A stretch of DNA of 64,000 nt from an uncultured Candidatus Binatia bacterium (GCA_965213675.1 OZ243916.1:320001-384000); one strand, 5' to 3'. Numbered from the stretch's first letter, positions 31,203 through 41,026 are shown. A program made the numbers and translations. The notes: generated by a model not told the origin, from the letters alone.

Positions 31203-31406
31203 CTAGCCGAGGAATCGTGTGATGGCGACGGCCACCGCGGCAATGCTGACGACGATGCCCAGTATGCGCCATTCCCGGTTTGCCGCCCTTTGTTCCGACT
31301 CGCGCATGTCCCGCACCAGCCGGGTTTCCAAAGCACTGATGCGCTCCACCACACGCGTTTCAAGCTGCGCCAAGTCTTCACCCGTGGCGCAGTGTGCCAT
31401 TTCCAT
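31203..31406 (-). CDS. Small coiled-coil protein with C-terminal transmembrane helix (DUF1640/CCDC90-like)
   Basis: ATGEDLAQLETR...ALETRL heptads followed by WRILGIVVSIAAVAVAI; GGAGG RBS. Confidence 0.6.
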   Translation of the reverse strand: MEMAHCATGEDLAQLETRVVERISALETRLVRDMRESEQRAANREWRILGIVVSIAAVAVAITRFLG

Positions 31407-31570
31407 GAGCGATCCTCCCGGTGACATTCTGGACTGTATGATACCTTAATTGGAAGCCGATTCAAATGGTGGTGTTTTGGGAAGGCGCCCCTGCGGGTCG
31501 CACCGACGGGCCAGACGAAAATTTGACCGAGTCGGCCCGGTGTGCCATAGTTTCGTTTGTGAACTGCTTC

Positions 31571-31661
31571 GGAGAGATGGCCGAGCGGTCGAAGGCGCAC
31601 GCCTGCTAAGCGTGTGTACCCCAAAAGGGTACCGAGGGTTCGAATCCCTCTCTCTCCGCCA
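31571..31661 (+). tRNA. tRNA-Ser (GCU)
   Basis: GGAGAGA...TCTCTCCGCCA; anticodon arm CACGC-CTGCTAA-GCGTG; long variable arm; upstream TTGACC-N17-CATAGT promoter. Confidence 0.96.
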
Positions 31662-31689
31662 CGCAGTCGTCACGCGGCAACGGCTTCCC

Positions 31690-31846
31690 TGCCCCTGGAT
31701 TACTCTCAGACGGTCCACTTCCTTCATCACGTCCACTTCCTTCATTGTCAGCCCCTCTTCTGATCGCGCCAATCTCTTGCCTCACTTCTGGTCAAGCGGA
31801 CACTTCAGCTTTGCACAAAAGGGGACACTATCGCTGTGCGCGAACA
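31690..31846 (-). mobile_element. IS1202/ISNCY-type left-end remnant with transposase N-terminus
   Basis: Minus strand starts TGT; two subterminal repeats GGACACTTCAGCTTTGC (31798) and GGACACTATCGCTGTGC (31823); peptide LTMKEVD..RLRVIQ, then truncated. Confidence 0.65.
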
Positions 31847-31899
31847 AGGGCGTTGCGGTTCCTCGGCTCGTATGGTTAGTTATTTGTGCTTCCCTCCTT

Positions 31900-31976
31900 G
31901 CGCCCGTAGCTCAATTGGATAGAGCGCCAGACTACGGATCTGGAGGTTAGGGGTTCGACTCCCTTCGGGCGCGCCA
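31900..31976 (+). tRNA. tRNA-Arg (ACG)
   Basis: GCGCCCG...CGGGCGCGCCA; anticodon arm CCAGA-CTACGGA-TCTGG. Confidence 0.96.
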
Positions 31977-32174
31977 CATCCCTTTCTCAACACCGACCCA
32001 AAGTTTCCCGGAAACGCCTCTCAAGCCTGGAAACATGGCGTTATGAGCCATCACTTCTGGCTGCTTGCGCATCAAGGGGGTAGGGGCTATTTTCGATCCC
32101 GAGTGTTCCGAAGCTATCCGAGTTTTCCGTTGGCGGTCGGTGGATGGACCGGCTGCCGGCGAAGGAGTTACGCA

Positions 32175-32948
32175 ATGAAGCTGTCAAGAGTTCTTCTGCA
32201 GGTCCTTTTCGTGTGGGTCACAATCCTGGTGGCAGCAGCCGCCGTCCACGCCCAGGCCATGAAGATCACCACCGCGGAGGTGGCCTACGACGAGGGCAAC
32301 GCCAAGGTCAAGGGCTATCTCGCCAAGCCCGCGGACAAGCAGGCGCGGCCCGGACTGATCCTGATCCACGAGTGGTGGGGGCTGAACGACAACATCCGCG
32401 AGAACGCGCGCGCGTTCGCCGAGCTGGGTTACGTAGCCCTGGCGGTGGACCTCTACAACGGCGAGGTGGCGACCACGCCGGAGGGTGCGCGCAAGCTTGC
32501 CGGCGGCGTGCGCAAGAACACGGAGGCGGCGTTCGCCAACCTGAAACAGGCGGTGAGCTATCTGAGCGGGCTCACTGGAGAAGTGGACCCCGCGCGCATC
32601 GCCTCGGTGGGGTGGTGTTTCGGCGGCGGCTGGTCATATCAGTTGGCCAAGAACGATCTCGGAGTCAAGGCGTCGGTGATCTACTACGGCCGCTTCAACC
32701 CGGCCGACGACCTGAGCCGCATGCGCGCCACCATCCTCGGGCACTTCGGCGAGACCGACCGGGGCATCAAGGTGGACAACGTCCGCGAGTTCCAGGCGAA
32801 GCTCAAGACCCTCCAGGGCGACCACATGGTCTTCATCTATCCCAACGCGGGACATGCCTTCGCCAACGCTGACAGCCGCAACTACGACAAGGCGGCGGCC
32901 GAGACGGCCTGGAAGCGGACCATGGAGTTCTTTCAGAAACACCTCTAA
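32175..32948 (+). CDS. Dienelactone hydrolase family protein with signal peptide
   Basis: IHEWWGLN, nucleophile GWCFGG, AGHAF; N-terminal hydrophobic signal ending AVHA; AAGGAG RBS. Confidence 0.9.
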   Translation: MKLSRVLLQVLFVWVTILVAAAAVHAQAMKITTAEVAYDEGNAKVKGYLAKPADKQARPGLILIHEWWGLNDNIRENARAFAELGYVALAVDLYNGEVATTPEGARKLAGGVRKNTEAAFANLKQAVSYLSGLTGEVDPARIASVGWCFGGGWSYQLAKNDLGVKASVIYYGRFNPADDLSRMRATILGHFGETDRGIKVDNVREFQAKLKTLQGDHMVFIYPNAGHAFANADSRNYDKAAAETAWKRTMEFFQKHL

Positions 32949-33134
32949 GTGCCCGTCGGATTGGGTCCAGGGCAGCGGCGACCGGCCGTTCGCCCCGACG
33001 GAGGGCTCGGATGGAATGGTGAAACGCGTGCCAATCGCTGTGCCGTTCGTCCTGAGCGTAGCGGCGCGCCGGCGCCGCAAGCCCGGAGGGCGTCGGAACC
33101 AGGCGCAGATTCCCGGCGGAGAGAGGAGATCGAC

Positions 33135-33503
33135 ATGGCGCGTATTCGTCACATCGCCATACTCACGGACGACAAGGAGAAGCTGGTGGAATATTACACC
33201 AGCGTGTTCGGGCTCAAGGTGGTCCAGGGCGTGGGCACGGCCACCTACCTGTCGGACGGGCACGTGAATCTGGCCATCATCCCCAAGGCGCCGGAGGAGG
33301 CGGTGGAGGGGCGCGCGCTGGACAGCGGCCTCAATCACATCGGCTTCGAGGTGGACGACGTGCCGGCATTGAAGTCGGTGTCGGACCGGATGGGAGCGGC
33401 GGACGACGTGAGGAAGAGGCCGCCTGATCGCGAGGCGGAATACCGGGTGCAGGACCCGGACGGCAATTTGATCGACCTGTCGCAACACGGCTGGCCGGTG
33501 TGA
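33135..33503 (+). CDS. VOC/glyoxalase family protein
   Basis: RIRHIAI, GLNHIGFEVDD, DPDGNLID; AGGAG RBS. Confidence 0.88.
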   Translation: MARIRHIAILTDDKEKLVEYYTSVFGLKVVQGVGTATYLSDGHVNLAIIPKAPEEAVEGRALDSGLNHIGFEVDDVPALKSVSDRMGAADDVRKRPPDREAEYRVQDPDGNLIDLSQHGWPV

Positions 33504-33512
33504 GCGTGGCCA

Positions 33513-33700
33513 GCGTCCTTCGGCTTCGTTCCGCTGGCGCTCCACGACGCTCAGGACCAACGGCGGTGGAACTCATCGAACCTCCGTTCGTTCCCGCTCC
33601 TTCACCGGCGGCGCTCCACGACGCTCAGGACCAACCGGGGTGGAAGGGTCTTTCCGCCGTTTGTCGGGAGCCCTTCGACAGATTCAGGACTCGCTTGGCG
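33513..33700. repeat. Dispersed palindromic repeat (family A) with internal 26-bp duplication
   Basis: GGCGCTCCACGACGCTCAGGACCAAC at 33536-33561 and 33610-33635; CCCTTCGACAGATTCAGGAC motif. Confidence 0.6.
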
Positions 33701-33755
33701 AAGGGGAGTCCAAGGACGATGTTTTCTCGACGGTTGACTGTCATGGAGACCTTGT

Positions 33756-36338
33756 ATGGCTGAACAGGAACGGGTGCTGCTGCCCGACGACGTTTGTCCC
33801 GAACGTTATGACATAACCCTCAGACCCGATCTCGAACGTTTTACCTTCGGTGGCAGTGAGACCGTCACAATCGACGTGCGCTCCGCCACCCGGCGCATCG
33901 TGCTGCACGCCACCGAGCTGGAGCTGCACTCGGTGGCGCTGGAGCGGGACGGGGCGTCGTTCGTGCCCGAGCGCATCGAGACCGACGACGAGGAGGAGAC
34001 CGTCGCGTTCGTATTCGACGGCCCGCTCGAACCGGGACCGGCCCGGCTGCGCATCGAATTCACAGGACAATTGAACGACAAGATGCACGGGTTCTACCGC
34101 GGCGTCTACCACGTGGACGGTGAGCAACGGATCATGGCCGTGACCCAGTTCGAAGCCACCGACGCCCGGCGCGCGTTCCCGTGCTGGGACGAGCCCGCGC
34201 GCAAGGCCGTGTTCGCGGTGACGCTGGTGGTGCCGGAGGACCGGGTGGCGGTGTCGAACATGCCGCCGGGCGAAGTGACGCTGGGCGACGACGGACTCAA
34301 AACCGTGCGGTTCGCCGAAACCCCGGTGATGTCCACGTATCTGCTGGCCTTCGTCGTGGGCGAGTTCGATTACGTTGAGACCCGGACCGCGGAAGGCGTG
34401 ACCGTTCGGGTGTACACGCCGCTGGGGCGGCAAGAACAGGGGCGGTTCGCGCTGGACGTGGCCGCCCGTACGCTGTCCTTCTTCCATGGTTACTTCGGCA
34501 TCGCGTATCCGCTGCCCAAGATGGACCTGCTGGCCATCCCGGACTTTGCCGCCGGGGCCATGGAGAACTGGGGTGCCGTGACCTATCGCGAGACCGCCAT
34601 TCTCGTGGACCCCGAGGAATCGTCCGCGGGGACGCGCCAGCGGGTGGCCATCATCGTGGCGCACGAGCTGGCGCACCAATGGTTCGGCAACCTGGTCACC
34701 ATGGAGTGGTGGACGCACCTGTGGCTCAACGAGGGGTTCGCGTCGTGGATCGAGTTCATGGCCGTGGACCACCTGTTTCCCGAGTGGGACATGTGGACGC
34801 AGTTCGTCTACACCGACCTGGGCCGCGCCTTCTCCCTGGACGGACTCAAGAGTTCGCATCCCATCGAGGTGGAGGTGCGAAGCCCCAAGCAGATCAGCGA
34901 GATCTTCGACGGCATCAGCTACAGCAAGGGCGCCTCGGTGATCCGCATGCTGGCCGCCTTTCTCGGCGCCGAGACGTTCCGGCGCGGGCTGCAACGTTAT
35001 CTGGAACGGCATCAATACGGCAACGCCACCACCGAGGATCTATGGCAAGCCTTGGCGGAGGAGTCCGGGCAGCCGGTGAAGCGGATCATGGACACGTGGA
35101 CCAAACAGACCGGTTACCCGCTCCTGACCGTGGACGCCGCCGGAGGCGAAGTGGCGCTGCGCCAGACGCGCTTCTTCCTGAGCGGCGTCCCGGATCGCAG
35201 CGACCCCAGCCGGTGGTCGGTGCCGGTGGGAATCCGCTCCGAGGGGACACCGGACACGTTTCAGGTGTTTGAGGGGGAGCGCGCGAAGATGGAGGCGGGC
35301 GGCGGCCGCGCCGGCTGGCTCAAGCTCAACCCGGACCAGACCGGCTTCTATCGCAGCAATTACAGCGCGGGGTTGTGGGACAGGCTGGGCGCGGCGGTGG
35401 AGGCACGTGAATTGGCATCGGCGCGAGACCGCTTGGGCCTTCAGAACGACGCCTTCGCACTGGCGCGCGCCGGTTACCTGGACCCGTGCCGGCCGCTGGC
35501 GCTGGCGCCGGCCTATCGCAACGAAACGGACTACACGGTGTGGGCGGACCTGTCCGAGAATCTCCGGGCCTACGACGTGCTGCTTTCGAATCAGCCGTAT
35601 CACGATTCGTTCCGTTCGTTCGCGCGCAGCTTGTACCAGCCAATCTACGGAAGTCTGGGATGGGACGTCCGGCCGGGCGAGAGCCACTTGACGCGCCTGC
35701 TTCGGCCTTTGGTGATCGGCATCCTGGCTCGCTACGCAGACCCCGTGGTGGCCGAAGAAGCCCTGCGCCGGTTCGACGAGGGGAGACGCGCCGGGACGCC
35801 GGTGGCGCCGGACGTGCGCGGGGCGGTGTACGGCCAGGTGGTGGAGCGGCGCGGCGCCGAGGGGTACGACGCGGTGCTGCGCGTCTACCGTGAAGCCGAC
35901 CTTCACGAAGAAAAGAACCGCTGCCTGCGTGCGTTGGGCTGCAGCGCCGACAAGGATCTCCTGCGGCGCACGCTGAAGTTCTCCTTGTCCGACGAGGTGC
36001 GCGGACAGGATACTCCGCTGGCCGTGGCGGGCGTCGCCACGAACCCATTGGGACGCGACCTCGCCTGGGACTTCCTGCGCGAGAACTGGCAAGAGTTCGA
36101 CGCCCGCTACGGGCAGGGCGGGTTCATCATCGCGCGCATCGTGTCCATCGCCACCGAAGACTTCACCACCCTGGAAAAGGCCGCCGAGGTGGAGGCGTTC
36201 TTCGAGTCGCATCCGGCGCCGGCGGCCACGCGCACCATACGTCAGTCCCTGGAACGGATCCGCTCCAACGCCTTGTGGCTCGAGCGCGACGGCGACGTCA
36301 TTGCCGGGTGGTTGGGGGCGTACTCGCCGCCGGCGTGA
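33756..36338 (+). CDS. M1-family aminopeptidase with ERAP1-like C-terminal domain
   Basis: TQFE, ARRAFPCWDEP, GAMENWG, HELAH-x18-E, SYSKGA. Confidence 0.95.
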   Translation: MAEQERVLLPDDVCPERYDITLRPDLERFTFGGSETVTIDVRSATRRIVLHATELELHSVALERDGASFVPERIETDDEEETVAFVFDGPLEPGPARLRIEFTGQLNDKMHGFYRGVYHVDGEQRIMAVTQFEATDARRAFPCWDEPARKAVFAVTLVVPEDRVAVSNMPPGEVTLGDDGLKTVRFAETPVMSTYLLAFVVGEFDYVETRTAEGVTVRVYTPLGRQEQGRFALDVAARTLSFFHGYFGIAYPLPKMDLLAIPDFAAGAMENWGAVTYRETAILVDPEESSAGTRQRVAIIVAHELAHQWFGNLVTMEWWTHLWLNEGFASWIEFMAVDHLFPEWDMWTQFVYTDLGRAFSLDGLKSSHPIEVEVRSPKQISEIFDGISYSKGASVIRMLAAFLGAETFRRGLQRYLERHQYGNATTEDLWQALAEESGQPVKRIMDTWTKQTGYPLLTVDAAGGEVALRQTRFFLSGVPDRSDPSRWSVPVGIRSEGTPDTFQVFEGERAKMEAGGGRAGWLKLNPDQTGFYRSNYSAGLWDRLGAAVEARELASARDRLGLQNDAFALARAGYLDPCRPLALAPAYRNETDYTVWADLSENLRAYDVLLSNQPYHDSFRSFARSLYQPIYGSLGWDVRPGESHLTRLLRPLVIGILARYADPVVAEEALRRFDEGRRAGTPVAPDVRGAVYGQVVERRGAEGYDAVLRVYREADLHEEKNRCLRALGCSADKDLLRRTLKFSLSDEVRGQDTPLAVAGVATNPLGRDLAWDFLRENWQEFDARYGQGGFIIARIVSIATEDFTTLEKAAEVEAFFESHPAPAATRTIRQSLERIRSNALWLERDGDVIAGWLGAYSPPA

Positions 36339-36473
36339 CTGGAGCAAGGCCGGCGTGAGCATCGGACGCGGCTCGGTCCGAAACAGGCGGCCATCTCGCA
36401 GGTGACCGTCAACGCGGTGGAACACCGGCCGCCGGGGGTCGGGGTCGGCCCCATGAGGAGAGGGAGAATATTC

Positions 36474-37334
36474 ATGTCAGCAAATGCGGAGCTTCTATCG
36501 TTCACCACCGCCGACGGCGAGACCCTGCATGGGCTCCTGTTCAGTGCGGACGCGTCGCCGCGCCCCGACCTCGCGCTGATCCTGATTCACGGGGTCGCCA
36601 TGAGCTTCTACACCGGTCCGCTCCCCGTGTTCGCCGAGGCCTTGGCCGGCCGCGGCCACCATGCCTTTTCCATCAATTGCCGTGGCCACGACTGGATCGC
36701 CCGGGGCGGCGACCTCACAGCCTTCCGGGGCGCCGCCTACGAGAACTTCGAGGACTGCGTGCTGGACATCGATGCCGCCATCCACCGGCTGAAGCAAGCG
36801 GGTTTCGCCCGCTTCGTGCTTGTGGGGCACAGCCTGGGTTCGGTCAAATCGCTCTACTACCAGGGCACGCGGCAGCGCCGCGACATCGCCGGCGTCATCT
36901 CGTGCTCCGCGCCCAAGCAGTACTATGCCGCGCGCGCCGGGGAAGACTCGGAATTCGAGGGGCGCATGGCCGAGGCGGAACGCCAGGTAGCAGCGGGTCA
37001 GGGCGAGGAATTTCTGTGGGCGCCCGCCAGCGGCGCCGCCGGGCTTTTCACGTACCGAACCTACGTCAGCAAGTATGGCCGCCACGAGACCAACGACGTG
37101 CGCCCTCACGCAGCCAGGCTTGGCTGTCCGCTCCTGGTAACCGCTGGCGAGATCGAGGCCCCCTATTTCCGTGAATACGCGCGCGAGCTGACCGAATCAG
37201 CCGGGGCCGACAACTGCACCTGCATCATCGTCCCCGGCGCCAACCACTTCTACGCCGGCTGCGAAGCCTTCATGGTCGACGCCTTGGACGACTGGCTGAA
37301 CAAGTCCGAAACGATGTGGGCATCGGGCAGGTAA
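36474..37334 (+). CDS. Alpha/beta fold hydrolase
   Basis: LIHG, GHSLG nucleophile elbow, GANH. Confidence 0.85.
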   Translation: MSANAELLSFTTADGETLHGLLFSADASPRPDLALILIHGVAMSFYTGPLPVFAEALAGRGHHAFSINCRGHDWIARGGDLTAFRGAAYENFEDCVLDIDAAIHRLKQAGFARFVLVGHSLGSVKSLYYQGTRQRRDIAGVISCSAPKQYYAARAGEDSEFEGRMAEAERQVAAGQGEEFLWAPASGAAGLFTYRTYVSKYGRHETNDVRPHAARLGCPLLVTAGEIEAPYFREYARELTESAGADNCTCIIVPGANHFYAGCEAFMVDALDDWLNKSETMWASGR

Positions 37335-37339
37335 CGCAT

Positions 37340-37449
37340 CGGAGTTCGACGGGTTCGGCGGGTAATTCGGGGATCGGCGGGAGGACTCGGCAGACGTCCG
37401 TGAACGCCTCGTCGCTCATGTTCGGCGATATCAGGCCGATGCGTTTCAT
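37340..37449 (-). pseudogene. Truncated maleate isomerase / Asp-Glu racemase-like gene start
   Basis: GGAGAGG RBS then MKRIGLISPN...DVCRVLPP; runs head-on into the hydrolase gene after about 35 codons. Confidence 0.4.
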
Positions 37450-37508
37450 GCGCCTCTCCGTGTTCGCAAGGGCGCTGCTGTTCACGGGCCGGGCGGCGGG
37501 TCCCCGTC

Positions 37509-37826
37509 CTACACGTTGCCCAGGGACAGCAGCGAGAGGGATTTCACCTCGAAATCCTTGACCCAGTACTCGCCGGTGTACATGCCCGAGGCCCCGTTGG
37601 CGATGTCGGCCCGGGCCTCGCTCGCGACGTATCGCTGCATGTCCTCTTGCGTTTCCCAGTAGGTCAGGGAGATCCCTTCATCGGGGTTCTCGGAACTGCG
37701 CAGCAGTTGGCGTCCGCGGAAGCCCTGCATGTTGGCCGTGGCCGGAACCACCACCTCGTTATAGTAATGTTCGTATTCGGCCCACTTGCCGAGTCGAAGC
37801 TTGCCCCAGAAAATTCTGCAAACCAT
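37509..37826 (-). CDS. Antibiotic biosynthesis monooxygenase (ABM)-type dimeric alpha/beta barrel protein
   Basis: GFRGRQLLR...S.TYWET.EDM..Y pattern; AGGAGG RBS. Confidence 0.8.
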   Translation of the reverse strand: MVCRIFWGKLRLGKWAEYEHYYNEVVVPATANMQGFRGRQLLRSSENPDEGISLTYWETQEDMQRYVASEARADIANGASGMYTGEYWVKDFEVKSLSLLSLGNV

Positions 37827-38001
37827 GTTGTCCTCCTGAACTCTTGGTTCGAGTTGGCTGAAGGCGCGCGTTCACGCCGCGTCCTGGCGGATAACGGATG
37901 CCACTCGCCACATTGTGACCCGAACGCGCGGGGCTCGCAATCATGAAACCTGGAGAAGCGGGATCATGCCACCCCCGACAGGCGCAGCGGTGAACTCCGG
38001 C

Positions 38002-39756
38002 TCAGCCGGCCGGATTGCGGCAGATGACGTTGAGCAGGGCTTGGCGCCCCTCTACCTTGACGGCCTTGAGGCCGCGTTCCAGCGCGGCCGGCAGCTCCGC
38101 GGGATCGTCCACGCGCTCGGCCCAGGCGCCGCACGCTTGAGCCGTCAGCTCGAATTGCGGCGACGGCGTCAGGTCCGTGCCCGGAAAGTTCCTTGTCTGG
38201 TGGGCGACGCCGTCGGGGTACAGTTCGCGCACGGTGCTGAGCGTCGCGTTCCAGGCTTGGTTGTTGTAGATGACCGTGAGAAACGGCACCCGGTACTTCT
38301 GCGCGGTGAAGTGGCAAGCGGTGGGCACGCAGAACATGTAGGAGCCGTCGCCCTCGCAGGCGATGACGGTGTGGTCCGGCGCGGCCAGCTTGGCGCCGAT
38401 GGCCGCGCCCATGCCCCAGCCCAGGTGGCCGGCAGGGGCTTGGTCGAAGAACGATCCGGGACGCTCCATTCCCAGCACCGGCCCCAGCGGCGAGGTCACG
38501 GCCTCGCCCATGACGATGGTTTTCTCGTCCACCACGTCGGCGATGCAGCGCGACACCCACAGGGGATGGATGGGGCGCTCGTTCCTGACCTTCTGGATGC
38601 GCGCCGCAAGTTCGGCGCGGTTGGCGTCGTGGGCAGCCTGTATGCGCGTTCGCCGAGCCTCCACGTGGCTCCGCTGGGCGTCCGAGCCGTCCAGCGCCTC
38701 CCGGATCAGGCCGTTCAGCACCGGCAGGGTCACGTCGGACGCCCCGGTCATGGCGCGGTCCACCGGGAAGCCCCACACCGGTATAGAGGAGAACAGCGGG
38801 TCCACCTCCAGTTGCAGCACGGTGGCGTCGGCACGCAGGTTGTCGCGTGTGGCCGGTGTCCACGGCACGTCGACGTCAATGAGGAAGATCACGTCCGCAT
38901 TCTTTACGCGACCGGGGACATCGTGGCCGGCATGGCACGGGTGGCTCGACGGGAAGTTCATGTAGGGCGACTGTGGGTGCTGCACCACCGGAATCGCCAG
39001 CAGCTCGGCCAACTCCACCAGCGGCGCCACCGCCGCTGGCGTCTTGCCCAGATAGCGGGTCACAATCACCGGCTCGGCCGCGCCCGCGAGTACGTCCGCG
39101 GCCTGTCGCAGGTCGTCCATGGGGGTCTGGATCTTGCTCGGCGGCGTGAACGCGTCCGCGGACACCCGCGTGGACTCCATGGTCTCGTACAGCCATTCCC
39201 GCGGCAGCGACAGATATACCGGCCCGCGCGGCTCGGCCATGGCGATCTTGAAGGCGCGCGGCACGATGGTGCCGAGCTGCTCGTTGGCGCGGTTCTCGTA
39301 GTCCCACTTCACGAACTCGCGCACGATGCCGCCCTGGTCGCGGGATTCCTGGCGCCAGTGGATGTGCCGGCTCTTGCCCCCCGCCACCTCGCCCTCGGTG
39401 ACCGGCGTGCGCCCGGCCACGAACAGCATCGGCACCTGGCACGCCTTGGCGTTCATGAGCCCGCCGAGCCCATTGGCCGTGCCCGGAAGCGTGTGCACCA
39501 GCACCACCTGCGGCTTGCCCGATGCGCAGTAGTATCCGTGGGCCATGGACACCGCCGCCTGCTCGTGGGGCACGACGAGGATCTCCGCGCCCCTGGACTC
39601 GCTGCGATGCATCTTCGCCAGCGCTTCCAGGATCGGCCCGTGATCCGTCCCGGTGTTGGCGAATATGTAATCCACGTCGGGATTGGCGTTGATCTGCGCC
39701 AGAAAGGCTTCGGCCCCGTTGCTCACGGCCACATCTTCGAATACAGGTGCCGGCAT
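38002..39756 (-). CDS. Thiamine pyrophosphate-requiring enzyme (acetolactate synthase/benzoylformate decarboxylase-like)
   Basis: FANTGTD, PHEQAAVSMAHGY, GDGSYMF...NN TPP motif. Confidence 0.88.
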   Translation of the reverse strand: MPAPVFEDVAVSNGAEAFLAQINANPDVDYIFANTGTDHGPILEALAKMHRSESRGAEILVVPHEQAAVSMAHGYYCASGKPQVVLVHTLPGTANGLGGLMNAKACQVPMLFVAGRTPVTEGEVAGGKSRHIHWRQESRDQGGIVREFVKWDYENRANEQLGTIVPRAFKIAMAEPRGPVYLSLPREWLYETMESTRVSADAFTPPSKIQTPMDDLRQAADVLAGAAEPVIVTRYLGKTPAAVAPLVELAELLAIPVVQHPQSPYMNFPSSHPCHAGHDVPGRVKNADVIFLIDVDVPWTPATRDNLRADATVLQLEVDPLFSSIPVWGFPVDRAMTGASDVTLPVLNGLIREALDGSDAQRSHVEARRTRIQAAHDANRAELAARIQKVRNERPIHPLWVSRCIADVVDEKTIVMGEAVTSPLGPVLGMERPGSFFDQAPAGHLGWGMGAAIGAKLAAPDHTVIACEGDGSYMFCVPTACHFTAQKYRVPFLTVIYNNQAWNATLSTVRELYPDGVAHQTRNFPGTDLTPSPQFELTAQACGAWAERVDDPAELPAALERGLKAVKVEGRQALLNVICRNPAG

Positions 39757-39835
39757 GTTCGCGTTCTCCGTTGGTCCGGAACGGCCGCCAAGCGCGGGGC
39801 AGGAAGCTGCGCCGTGGAACTGCGCCATGGAGGTA

Positions 39836-39977
39836 TGGCGTCTTTCGACTTCGTCCCGCTTCGCTCAACACGAAGCGTGAAGCGCTCGCCTGTCGCCAAC
39901 CCGTTCGTCCTGAACCCTTGGACAAGCTTGCCGAAGTGCCCAGGACAGGCTTCTCGCAGCGAGGCCGAAGGACGCCA
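39836..39977. repeat. Dispersed palindromic repeat (family A)
   Basis: TGGCGTCTTTCGACTTCG...CCGTTCGTCCTGA...CGAAGGACGCCA. Confidence 0.65.
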
Positions 39978-40238
39978 GGAAACTAACAACCGCGTCGCCG
40001 GCATGTCAAACCAAGGATAGGGGGCAGGTGATATATGAGAGTTTGTGTCACGGGGAGAGGAGGGGGTACTCCGGTGGGTTAACTGAGGTGGTCCCACTTC
40101 GTAGGACAGTTAGGCGGCAGGCGCTGGGCGCAAAACCTCCTCCGTCAACGAGAGGGAACCGGTTAGCCCCAGGGGCTGGTGATAACATCGGCCTGGCACG
40201 CGTCACTCATGCTGCATCGTTGATTCCTCCGATTGGTA

Positions 40239-40261
40239 TCTGTACCGGCATGCGGTACAGA
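40239..40261 (+). promoter_or_regulatory. Palindromic operator upstream of higB
   Basis: TCTGTACCG-N5-CGGTACAGA perfect arms, ending 5 nt before the ATG (leaderless-type layout). Confidence 0.65.
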
Positions 40262-40266
40262 ACGTC

Positions 40267-40545
40267 ATGATCCGAAGCTTCCGTCATCGAGGGCTCCGGC
40301 GGATGTATGAGCGCGGAGATGTGACCAGGGTGGGGTCCAATCTCTCCGAGCGTATCACGCTGGCGCTGGCCGATCTCGACGATGCGCGCAAGCCTTCGGA
40401 CCTCGACCTGGCCGGCTACCGGCTTCACCCGCCTAAAGGCGATCTCAAGGGGTACTGGAGCATCTCGATCTCTGGAAACTGGCGAGTGACATTTCGAATC
40501 GAGGACGGTGACGCTTACGACGTTGACCTGACCGGCTACCACTAA
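40267..40545 (+). CDS. higB: HigB-family (RelE fold) toxin
   Basis: [44 protein letters not shown]. Confidence 0.9.
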   Translation: MIRSFRHRGLRRMYERGDVTRVGSNLSERITLALADLDDARKPSDLDLAGYRLHPPKGDLKGYWSISISGNWRVTFRIEDGDAYDVDLTGYH

Positions 40546-40552
40546 TGGAGGC

Positions 40553-40855
40553 ATGAGCATGGCGATGATCGATCCTCCGCATCCCGGACGCAGCATCCGC
40601 GAGAACTGTCTGGAACCGCTCGGCTTGAGCGTGACCGAAGCGGCGCGGGTGCTGGGCGTCGCCCGTCACACCTTGTCCCGGGTTCTCAACGGCCACGCGG
40701 CAATCTCTCCGGAGATGGCGCTCCGGCTGGAGAAGGCGGGTTGGTCGAATGCCGAGTTCTGGCTGCGACGCCAGACTACCTACGATCTTGTGCAGGTGCG
40801 CAAGGACCAGGACCGGATCCATGTCCAAAGATACCGGCCGCAGCAAGCGGTGTGA
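40553..40855 (+). CDS. higA: HigA-family antitoxin
   Basis: [43 protein letters not shown]. Confidence 0.92.
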   Translation: MSMAMIDPPHPGRSIRENCLEPLGLSVTEAARVLGVARHTLSRVLNGHAAISPEMALRLEKAGWSNAEFWLRRQTTYDLVQVRKDQDRIHVQRYRPQQAV

Positions 40856-41026
40856 GGCCTCCGACTGAGGTGGTCCCGGAAAAACGGACAGGTAGCTAAG
40901 GTGTATTCCACCGACTGAAGGAGGGTGGCCTTCCCCGGGATTGGTGGAGAGGTTGGTTAACCCATCAGAGTAGCCCCCCTTTCCCCCTGACACAAACTCT
41001 CATACATCACCGGGCCAAGAACCATG

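Larger units (their letters stand above)
40027..41011. mobile_element. Non-autonomous element bounded by long inverted repeats and carrying a HigBA module
   Basis: GGTGATATATGAGAGTTTGTGTCA...GGGTTAAC (40027-40083) inverted at 40956-41011; no transposase; internal IS3-like ends. Confidence 0.75.

Noticed and set aside
30974-31624. 216-aa N-terminal extension of GltX in the ORF track
   Set aside because: It overlaps tRNA-Ser, a small ORF and promoters; homology starts at MPEVRTRF
33513-33700. Two 26-bp direct repeats resembling a mini CRISPR array
   Set aside because: Only two units, part of a dispersed palindrome family, no cas genes
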